Below the pieces are notes generated by a model that saw only the letters and a list, made by a program, of their open reading frames with translations, was not told where the DNA came from and searched no databases. Made by a program: the position numbers and the translations under genes. A stretch of DNA of 51,211 nt, counting the filler, from an uncultured virus (IMG/VR IMGVR_UViG_2061766007_002667) (lineage: Duplodnaviria; Heunggongvirae; Uroviricota; Caudoviricetes). It is 4 parts of one record of this genome, joined end to end, with 100 filler letters (N's around TTAATTAATTAA, not from the genome) between each part and the next. Parts side by side here need not be neighbours in the genome. Positions count along the whole stretch, not along the records: positions 28,828 to 51,211 come from IMGVR_UViG_2061766007_002667; 3 more parts are not named here. One strand, 5' to 3'. This document shows, piece by piece, positions 43,638 through 51,211 of the stretch (within the stretch, counting starts at the first letter, position 1; each line of letters starts with the position of its first letter).

Positions 43638-43886
43638 TTAATTTTCATTTNNNNNNNNNNNNNNNNNNNNNNNNNNNNNNNNNNNNNNNNNNNNNNNNNN
43701 NNNNNNNNTAATAACATGCGTAATCGCTTTGGTATCAAAACCAGCAGATTTAGCTTCTAACATAATACCTTTACGATCTTCTTTTAATTCTTGAATTTCT
43801 TGATCTAAATTTTCAATACGTTCAATAATTGATTTTAAACGTTCTGTATTTAAACCACCAACTTCAATATCTACTTGATCTGTCAT
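43638..43886 (-). CDS. gapR: GapR/DUF2312 (UPF0335) DNA-binding protein
   Basis: RLKSIIERIENLDQEIQELKEDRKGIMLEAKSAGFDTKAITHVI matches the family consensus. Confidence 0.88.
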   Translation of the reverse strand: MTDQVDIEVGGLNTERLKSIIERIENLDQEIQELKEDRKGIMLEAKSAGFDTKAITHVIXXXXXXXXXXXXXXXXXXXXNEN

Positions 43887-43893
43887 TTTTAAT

Positions 43894-44184
43894 TTACTCC
43901 ATAATTAAATTAGATTTGTGAAAATTACAAACATTACCATCTTTAAATTTTTTAACACCCATATATGATTTTAATGTACCAATATATTTAGTTTTTCCAT
44001 CAATATGTTTATTAAGTTGTACACAAGACGGTTTACCTTTATTTAACTTTAAACTTATTGTATAACCATTATTAACTAATTCATTATATACTTTAAATGG
44101 AAGAGTAATAACATTATCTTTTTTAAGTAAAGTTGCATATTCTTCTTTAGTTTTTCTTTTAAACAATTTAAAAATATTAAACAT
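43894..44184 (-). CDS. Hypothetical protein
   Basis: Intact ORF, AGGAG RBS. Confidence 0.65.
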   Translation of the reverse strand: MFNIFKLFKRKTKEEYATLLKKDNVITLPFKVYNELVNNGYTISLKLNKGKPSCVQLNKHIDGKTKYIGTLKSYMGVKKFKDGNVCNFHKSNLIME

Positions 44185-44198
44185 TTTTATTCTCCTTT

Positions 44199-45266
44199 TT
44201 ATTCAATAATTTCACCAGTTTCTGGATCATAGTCAGGTGTTTCAGTGTCTTCAGTAATAGTTTTTTCAACATTTGGTTTCATAAGAATCTCTTTTACCTT
44301 TTCCATAACAAAATTCTTAATATCTTGATGTTCTTCTAGCCAAGTTTTTGCTTTAATTGAACCTTGACCAATATTTTCACCATTATACTTAAACCAACCA
44401 CCAGCTTTTTCAATAATACCAAATTCTACTGCCATATCAAACATTTCATTATCAGCGGAAAAACCTTTACCATAATAAATCATAATTTCAGCTTTTCTAA
44501 ATGGAGGAGCTAACTTATTTTTTTCAGTACTGACAGAAATTTGATTAGCTATAACATCTCCTTCTTTATTTTCTTCTTTTTGTGATTGTTGCCTACGAGT
44601 ACGACATATAATAGATGCAAAAAATTTCTGAGCTTCACCACAAGGTAATACAGAAGCATCACCATATTTACCAGGGGCTTGTCTCACTTGATTTGTACAC
44701 ATTAAAGCACAATTAGCCATTTCTAATGCTGGAGTAACTTGTTTAAAGAAAGAACTAAATAATTTAGCTTGACGACCAATGTTCATGTCAGCCAATTCAC
44801 CTTCTAATTCACTAGCTGGTACACAAGCAACAATAGAATCAAGAATAATTAAATCAGCCGCTTTTTCTTGAGCAAGTAATTTAATAGCTTCTAATGCTTG
44901 CTCACCTCCATCCGGTTGTAATAAAATTAATTCTTTCATATTACAACCAAGATTTTCAGCATAAATTGGATCTAAAGAATGTTCCATATCAACATAAGCA
45001 CAAACTAAACCTTGTTTTTGAGCATTTGCAACAGCTTGAAGGCAAATAGTACTTTTCCCCGAACTGTAATCGCCCCAGATAAGAGTAACACGTCCTCTTG
45101 GCCAACCACCAATTCCTAAAATTTTATCTAATTTTAAAGAACCAGAAGAAATAACATCGACTTTAGTAATTCCAACATTATCAAAAGTCATAGCAGCATC
45201 ATCACCAAACTTTTTTCGTAATAACGCAAGAGCAGAATTAACTCTACTATTACTTTTATCTTCCTT
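44199..45266 (-). CDS. recA: Recombinase RecA (start in gap)
   Basis: SSGSLKLD.ILGIGGWPRGR, GDYSSGKST, DMEHSLD, QPDGGEQAL, NQVR, KNKLAPPFR; frame extends upstream (ALALLRKKFG) to the gap. Confidence 0.95.
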   Translation of the reverse strand, partial: KEDKSNSRVNSALALLRKKFGDDAAMTFDNVGITKVDVISSGSLKLDKILGIGGWPRGRVTLIWGDYSSGKSTICLQAVANAQKQGLVCAYVDMEHSLDPIYAENLGCNMKELILLQPDGGEQALEAIKLLAQEKAADLIILDSIVACVPASELEGELADMNIGRQAKLFSSFFKQVTPALEMANCALMCTNQVRQAPGKYGDASVLPCGEAQKFFASIICRTRRQQSQKEENKEGDVIANQISVSTEKNKLAPPFRKAEIMIYYGKGFSADNEMFDMAVEFGIIEKAGGWFKYNGENIGQGSIKAKTWLEEHQDIKNFVMEKVKEILMKPNVEKTITEDTETPDYDPETGEIIE

Positions 45267-45364
45267 NNNNNNNNNNNNNNNNNNNNNNNNNNNNNNNNNN
45301 NNNNNNNNNNNNNNNNNNNNNNNNNNNNNNNNNNNNNNNNNNNNNNNNNNNNNNNNNNNNNNNN

Positions 45365-45505
45365 TTTATTATGTACTTCATTTATTAATACATAATCTTT
45401 CATTACTTTAGCTTCTACTTCTTTATCATTTAGAGAAGCAACAACAGTAGATCCAAACTTAGTAACTGCAACTTTTCTTAAAGCTTTAGAGTCAATATTA
45501 ATCAT
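45365..45505 (-). CDS. Hypothetical protein, partial
   Basis: AGGA RBS; runs into gap. Confidence 0.45.
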
Positions 45506-45524
45506 CTTATTTATTTCCTATTAT

Positions 45525-45560
45525 AAAGAGAGCAATAATATAAATCTATTACTCTCTTTT
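45525..45560 (-). terminator. Terminator after SPFH gene
   Basis: AAAGAGAGCAATA...TATTACTCTCTTTT inverted repeat. Confidence 0.65.
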
Positions 45561-45569
45561 AATCTACCT

Positions 45570-46742
45570 TTATTCTACTTTATTTGACATTTGATCTGAT
45601 AATTCATAAAGTGCTTTTAAACCAACTGCATCAAATGGATTAATGCTTGAATTGCCATTTCCACCACTAATAATCAAATGTTCTGGGAATTTAACAGTGG
45701 CTAATGCTTTTGCTATTTCAACTTTTGTTTCTTTTGCAATCTGAGCTTTTTCAAGAGGTGTTAAACCAGCTTCAACTTTCTTTTTAGCTGCATATGCTTC
45801 GGCTTCACCTTGTGCTTTAATTTTTTCTGCTTCAAATTTTGCTTGTTCAGCAGCTAATTTAGAAACTTCTTTCTTTTGTTCTGCTTCAATTTTGGCAATT
45901 TCTGCAACTTTTTGAGCATTTGTTACAGCGGTAGCTTTTTCAACTTCAGCGTTTGCTTTAGCTTCTGCAATTCTAGCTTTACCTTGTTCTTCAGCAGTAA
46001 TTGCATCTTGTTTTGCCTTTTCAGCATTAGCTTGTGCAACTACTTTGTTTTGTTCAGCATCTTTCTTACGTGCAATTAATTCATTAATTTTATCATCATA
46101 TTCAAAATCATTAACAACAAATTGTAAGATTTCAATATTATAATGCTTTAACAATGATCTTTTTTGAATGATAGGATTACCATCATCTGTATAAACTACA
46201 CGAATTTCTTTTTTCTTAAATTTAGTGCCATCGGTATCAATAACGTCAATTGTTTTTGTACTTGTTTTAAAAATACCTTCTTTAAGTTGTTGCATAGCCA
46301 TGTCTGAAAATTCTGCACGACCTGCTGCATATGAATCTTCAGCGACCATATATGTTGCAGTGTTAGAAAGAGCTTCTGCAACATTTCTCACAATAAGATC
46401 TCGCTCAACATTTTGATAATTTGCATAATCTCGATGTAATTCTTTTTGACTTTCTTCATTTGAAGGTAACTTAAATTTTACGGTACCTTTAACCTTAGCG
46501 ATAGACCCATCATTAAAACGCACTTGTAATTTATAATCTTCAAAATCAACATCTTCAGATACAGGATAAGTAATAATATCACCAAACATTTGTAAATAAA
46601 GACCTGGTTCATTTCTTACAGTAATAGTACCTGTACCTGCTGCTTGTTTAATTTGATAATTACCAAAAGTATTTGTTTCAAAAATTTTACTTGATGCTAA
46701 TAATACAGCAACAGCAAAAAATCCCGTAATGATAAAACTAAG
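45570..46742 (-). CDS. SPFH/Band-7 membrane protein
   Basis: Frame extends upstream to a TM helix (FIITGFFAVAVLLA) and PGLYLQMFG; VRFNDG; Ala/Glu/Lys coiled coil. Confidence 0.85.
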   Translation of the reverse strand, partial: LSFIITGFFAVAVLLASSKIFETNTFGNYQIKQAAGTGTITVRNEPGLYLQMFGDIITYPVSEDVDFEDYKLQVRFNDGSIAKVKGTVKFKLPSNEESQKELHRDYANYQNVERDLIVRNVAEALSNTATYMVAEDSYAAGRAEFSDMAMQQLKEGIFKTSTKTIDVIDTDGTKFKKKEIRVVYTDDGNPIIQKRSLLKHYNIEILQFVVNDFEYDDKINELIARKKDAEQNKVVAQANAEKAKQDAITAEEQGKARIAEAKANAEVEKATAVTNAQKVAEIAKIEAEQKKEVSKLAAEQAKFEAEKIKAQGEAEAYAAKKKVEAGLTPLEKAQIAKETKVEIAKALATVKFPEHLIISGGNGNSSINPFDAVGLKALYELSDQMSNKVE

Positions 46743-46754
46743 NNNNNNNNNNNN

Positions 46755-46953
46755 TTTTAAGTTTTTTAAATTTGTTAATACTTTTTTGTTCTTTTATATA
46801 ATTATCATATAAAAGAGCACCTTGTTTAGCATCTTCAATTTCTTCTTTTGAAAGTTCTTGATTTAAATGCCTATTAATCTTACTATAAATTCTATTTAAA
46901 TTAAGCAATAGTAAAAATCCTACAAATAAAACAGTAAAAATGGCCGCATTCAT
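46755..46953 (-). CDS. Small membrane protein upstream of SPFH
   Basis: N-terminal hydrophobic helix; AAGGA RBS. Confidence 0.55.
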
Positions 46954-46955
46954 TA

Positions 46956-47012
46956 TTATATTCCTTTATGTGACCTAACTATTTCATCAACAATACCATA
47001 TTCAATGGCTTG
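46956..47012 (-). CDS. ClpP-type C-terminal fragment
   Basis: Hand translation QAIEYGIVDEIVRSHKGI* matches the ClpP terminal A.EYGLxD.I motif. Confidence 0.7.
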   Translation of the reverse strand, partial: QAIEYGIVDEIVRSHKGI

Positions 47013-47701
47013 NNNNNNNNNNNNNNNNNNNNNNNNNNNNNNNNNNNNNNNNNNNNNNNNNNNNNNNNNNNNNNNNNNNNNNNNNNNNNNNNNNNNNNNN
47101 NNNNNNNNNNNNNNNNNNNNNNNNNNNNNNNNNNNNNNNNNNNNNNNNNNNNNNNNNNNNNNNNNNNNNNNNNNNNNNNNNNNNNNNNNNNNNNNNNNNN
47201 NNNNNNNNNNNNNNNNNNNNNNNNNNNNNNNNNNNNNNNNNNNNNNNNNNNNNNNNNNNNNNNNNNNNNNNNNNNNNNNNNNNNNNNNNNNNNNNNNNNN
47301 NNNNNNNNNNNNNNNNNNNNNNNNNNNNNNNNNNNNNNNNNNNNNNNNNNNNNNNNNNNNNNNNNNNNNNNNNNNNNNNNNNNNNNNNNNNNNNNNNNNN
47401 NNNNNNNNNNNNNNNNNNNNNNNNNNNNNNNNNNNNNNNNNNNNNNNNNNNNNNNNNNNNNNNNNNNNNNNNNNNNNNNNNNNNNNNNNNNNNNNNNNNN
47501 NNNNNNNNNNNNNNNNNNNNNNNNNNNNNNNNNNNNNNNNNNNNNNNNNNNNNNNNNNNNNNNNNNNNNNNNNNNNNNNNNNNNNNNNNNNNNNNNNNNN
47601 NNNNNNNNNNNNNNNNNNNNNNNNNNNNNNNNNNNNNNNNNNNNNNNNNNNNNNNNNNTTTCAATATTTTTATTACATATACTTGCCATAATATCCATTT
47701 C

Positions 47702-49057
47702 TTAAGCCAATGTATCTGGTGGAGTTGGATCGTTATCTTGAAGTGATTTTTCTACTTCTTTTGCTTTATAAAATGGACCTACTTTATCTAGCATTTTTTT
47801 GACCGTAGAGCATATACTTTCACTTTCGAAGTCAACTAAACCTTCTGGAACATCTTGCTTACCACGGAGTAAAATACGAGCAATAAGCTGGCCTAATTCA
47901 AAGCACATGGACTCATTAAAACCACGAGTCGTAATTGCTGGAGTACCAAGACGAATACCTGATGGATTTTTAGAATCTGTATCACCAGGAATAGTATTCA
48001 TGTTACATACTATATGATAATTTTTGAGTAATGTTTCTGCTTCTTTACCAGTTAAATTGGCTTTTTTAACATCAATTAATACTAAATGTGTATCAGAACC
48101 ACCAGATACAAATCGTAATTTTTGTTCTGAATTTATTGATTGAATACCGTGAATCAAAGCTTTCATGTTTTTGATAATCTGTTCAGGATATTTATACCAA
48201 TGTGGTTCATCGGCTTCTTCCAAAGCTGCACAAACACCCGCTAACATATTAACAAGTTGTCCACCTTGAAGAAAAGGAAAACAAGATAATCTAATAAATT
48301 TCATATATTCTTCTGAGTTTGTTACAATTATAGCATGACGTCCACCACGCATTGTTTTATGTGTAGTTGTTGTAATAACAGGAATAGCCAATGGACCATA
48401 ATCAAATTCTAATGGATTAGGATATTGTCTTCCAACAACTAACGCTGAAGGATGAGAAATATCAAATACTAAAACTATTTCTTCCTTTAATGCTTTTACA
48501 TAATCTGCTATTTTTTGATAATCTATGATTCTTGAATAAGCTGAAGTACCAACAGTAAGAATAATGTGTTTTCCTTTATTTTGTAACAAAAGTTGATGAA
48601 TTTCTTCGTAGTTAATCAACTCATTTTCATCTAAACCATATTGATGACTTTCAAAATTTTTACCAGTAATTGAAGGTTTAGAAAAGTGACTTAAATGTCC
48701 ACCTGCACTAAGCTTTTGTCCAATACCAACTATTTCTTCAGATTTACATTTCCAATATTTAGTTGCAGCTTCATATACTATTAAATTTGCTGAAGAACCT
48801 GAATGTGGTTGTACACAACTATATTTACCGTTATATAATTTACATGCTAATTCTTGACAATTTTTTTCTAATTCGTCAACAAACTCACAACCTTGATAAT
48901 ATCTAGCCCCTATTTCACCTTCTGAATATTTATTTTGTATAGGATGACCACAGCATTCTAATACATATTCCGAACAATAGTTTTCACTAGCTATTAAGTT
49001 AATTTCATTGTTTTGACGAGTTAATTCATCATTTAAAATTTCTTTTACTGTTCTCAT
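47702..49057 (-). CDS. glyA: Serine hydroxymethyltransferase
   Basis: LIASENY, NKYSEG..ARYYQG, QPHSGSSAN, GGHLSH, TTHKT (PLP lysine), SGIRLGTPAITTRG; own AGGAG RBS and ATG at 49057. Confidence 0.95.
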   Translation of the reverse strand: MRTVKEILNDELTRQNNEINLIASENYCSEYVLECCGHPIQNKYSEGEIGARYYQGCEFVDELEKNCQELACKLYNGKYSCVQPHSGSSANLIVYEAATKYWKCKSEEIVGIGQKLSAGGHLSHFSKPSITGKNFESHQYGLDENELINYEEIHQLLLQNKGKHIILTVGTSAYSRIIDYQKIADYVKALKEEIVLVFDISHPSALVVGRQYPNPLEFDYGPLAIPVITTTTHKTMRGGRHAIIVTNSEEYMKFIRLSCFPFLQGGQLVNMLAGVCAALEEADEPHWYKYPEQIIKNMKALIHGIQSINSEQKLRFVSGGSDTHLVLIDVKKANLTGKEAETLLKNYHIVCNMNTIPGDTDSKNPSGIRLGTPAITTRGFNESMCFELGQLIARILLRGKQDVPEGLVDFESESICSTVKKMLDKVGPFYKAKEVEKSLQDNDPTPPDTLA

Positions 49058-49114
49058 TAAATTAAATCTCCTNNNNNNNNNNNNNNNNNNNNNNNNNNNN
49101 NNNNNNNNNNNNNN

Positions 49115-49945
49115 ATACTTGTTGAGTTTAAAATTATTTTTATATTCAGAATCCCATATATAAATAACTCGAAACTCATTATCAGCAAAAAAAGTAAATC
49201 TTCTTAATGTTTCGTAATATAAATCTATAAAACGCTTTTTGTTTACTTTGTTTATACCATTTCCTTTATACAATCTTGGATTACCATGCCAATAATCACC
49301 CAAATATTCATAAACAGTACGCTCTATCCAATCTATTCCATCAACTATAAAAGTATATTCTCTATTTTTACCAACACCTGCTATTTTATATTGTCTCCAC
49401 TTTGCTGGTATTTCCATTTCATTAAGCCAAGCTTGTTCTCCGGTTGAAACTGAACTTGAAGAAAAATATTTTTTTCCTTTGATTGCATTTATTTTTGCTA
49501 AACGAATAGGTTTATTAATTTTGTAATATTTTAATAATCTTTTGACTTGATATTCTGAAATATTTAATTTTTCAGCCAATTGCTTACGTGTTAAATTTTG
49601 ATTTATATATAAATCGTTTAAAAAATTCTNNNNNNNNNNNNNNNNNNTAGATTTTACAGTTTCACGTGTCAACATTTTTGCAGCTTTTATATCTTTTTTA
49701 ATGTTATACAAAGTTAAATCATGTCTAACATTATTTTCAAGTACATTGAAAAACGAGGCTGTTTCTTTTTCACTACAGTTACATGTTATATAAACATAAT
49801 ATAATTCATCTTTTGGAATTAATTCACTCTTTTTACCATATATATTTCTTCTTAATCTAAACAATGGATTTTGATAATAATCACGAGAAATTTTAGAAAG
49901 ATCAATATTCCTACGCTCTATCAATGCTTTAACTTCATCAATCAT
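49115..49945 (-). CDS. HTH-repeat + Vsr/DUF559-like endonuclease (homing-type)
   Basis: Two HTH-like repeats (LYINQNLTRKQLAEKLN), then STGEQAWL, IVDG, YEYLGDYWHGNP, VIYIWD; stop presumed in gap. Confidence 0.78.
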
Positions 49946-50189
49946 TATTTTGTTCCTTTAATCTATTTTCAATATAATCATCACATTGTAGTTTCATATG
50001 AAATTGATCTAAACTTGGATCTGCTACAAATAATATATCATTGTCTTTTTTAATAAACATAATACCTTTTTGTATTCCAATATCTAAACCAGATTTATTT
50101 TTAGGTAAAGCAAAACATATATCATATCCACTTTTTTGATATACTATTTTAAAATCTAAACCATCAATTTCATACAATTTTAGTGTCAT
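49938..50189 (-). CDS. Hypothetical protein
   Basis: Intact ORF overlapping neighbours. Confidence 0.6.
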   Translation of the reverse strand: MTLKLYEIDGLDFKIVYQKSGYDICFALPKNKSGLDIGIQKGIMFIKKDNDILFVADPSLDQFHMKLQCDDYIENRLKEQNND

Positions 50190-50663
50190 TATCTACTACT
50201 CCAAATAATTCATCATAGTGATCATATGTATATTGTAAATCATCACATATTTCAGTGGTTACATCAGTTATATCTTCACTATCGTCCCAGCCTACCCATT
50301 TTTTCTTTATGTCATCAATTGTAGTTAAATATTCTTCTTTATTGAAAAAATATGTAAAATATCTTTTTTTAGTATTATTCCAAATGTGTTTATAAATTTT
50401 AGTTTCTTTATTTTCATGACTTAAAATATAAAACTCTGGTACTTCATCAAATTCTAACCAATGGTGATAAAGTTGTAAACACATTTCTAAATATTGAATA
50501 CGAACAGAATCATTATATTCATTAGTANNNNNNNNNNNNNNNNNNNNNNNNNTCATGATACATATTAGACAGAGCGTTTCGATATGGATCTTTAGCTAAA
50601 TTTTTATAATCATAATCTTTCCAACAATCTTTTAAAAAAGTATAAAATAAATTTATATAACTT
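50170..50663 (-). CDS. Hypothetical protein (start missing)
   Basis: An open frame SYINLFYTFLKDCWK... begins at the 10-N gap with no start codon and probably continues across the next gap. Confidence 0.5.
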
Positions 50664-50673
50664 NNNNNNNNNN

Positions 50674-51167
50674 CTCAACGTCTTTACCTGAAGCTTCTGC
50701 AATCATATTCATTAACATATCTTGTAAACGACCTACTTCTTCCAATGTAATTTTCATATCATGGAAAGATGCTTTAACCCCACTAGAAACACTGTGTAAC
50801 ATATATCTGGCATGTGACATTATTTTACGTTTACCTTTTGTACCAGACAATGCAATCATAGCATCCATACTCGCAACTTCACCTGAAACAATAGTAGATA
50901 CTGGACAACTAATCATGTTCATTGTATCAATGATAGTAAGTCCTGCCGTTACTGCACCACCAGGACCAGANNNNNNNNNNNNNNNNNNNNNNNATCTGGA
51001 TCTTCTGCTTCTAAATATAAAAGCTGAGCTGTAATTGATTCTGCTAATTCATCAGTAACTTCTCCAGAACATAAAACAACACGATCTCGCAAAAGTCTAC
51101 TTGTAATATCTACACCACGCTCATTACCATTACTATCTTTATAAATAACTGAAGGTATACCTAACAT
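50674..51167 (-). CDS. clpP: ClpP protease, N-terminal ~165 aa (C-terminus missing at a 10-N gap)
   Basis: [34 protein letters not shown], catalytic ASM and MLH; ends at GKDVE. Confidence 0.9.
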
Positions 51168-51211
51168 TTATTTTCCTTTCTTTAAATTAAATTTTTTATA
51201 ATTAATTTAGT

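Noticed and set aside
47702..49945. Apparent endonuclease-GlyA fusion (747 aa)
   Set aside because: The junction is an N gap; glyA has its own AGGAG RBS and ATG at 49057.
47659..50663. Idea that the glyA block is a circular element whose ends join in frame (..NIE + SYINLF..)
   Set aside because: Supported only by a 2-nt overlap at gap edges; no terminal repeats or recombinase visible.
1..51211. Stop-codon reassignment as in some AT-rich gut jumbo phages
   Set aside because: Conserved genes are full length in the standard code, and TAG and TGA both end genes at sensible positions (TAG for Pnk and dUTPase, TGA for the M16 peptidase).
1..51211. CRISPR array, tRNAs, group I/II introns
   Set aside because: No regularly spaced repeats, cloverleafs or long structured intergenic stretches in the readable sequence. 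Gaps could hide them.

Overview
A very AT-rich, gap-riddled piece of a large (jumbo-like) tailed phage genome, read in the standard genetic code. It is really four scaffolds joined by artificial 100-nt linkers (44 N + TTAATTAATTAA + 44 N at 9934-10033, 12436-12535 and 28728-28827). Several long ORFs in the supplied track are therefore gap-bridging artefacts, and several real genes are split by gaps of inexact length. Content: replication and repair genes (family B DNA polymerase, RecA, PIF1/RecD-like helicase, NAD-dependent ligase), nucleotide metabolism (NrdD/NrdG, dCMP deaminase, dUTPase, a ThyA homologue, GlyA), RNA repair (Pnk + Rnl1-type ligase), three metallophosphoesterases, proteostasis genes (ClpP, Hsp20, M16 peptidase, SPFH, AAA ATPase), GapR/DUF2312, homing-type endonucleases and many small hypothetical proteins. 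Most interesting: (1) the ThyA homologue carries both substitutions (E. coli N177->D and H147->V) known to switch thymidylate synthase toward dCMP, suggesting 5-methyl- or 5-hydroxymethyl-dCMP synthesis fed by a phage GlyA; (2) the polymerase appears to be one ~1200-aa protein with a UDG-like domain, exonuclease, PolB and an AEP primase domain; (3) a LAGLIDADG intein splits the SAM-binding motif of an NPPY DNA methyltransferase; (4) a 13-bp candidate late promoter (AAAAGTTCTAATA) and shared N-terminal leaders mark probable head-packaged proteins, including a kinase-like one; (5) ClpP N- and C-terminal pieces lie 3.6 kb apart. No tRNA, rRNA or CRISPR array was recognised. All family calls come from motif recognition, not database searches.
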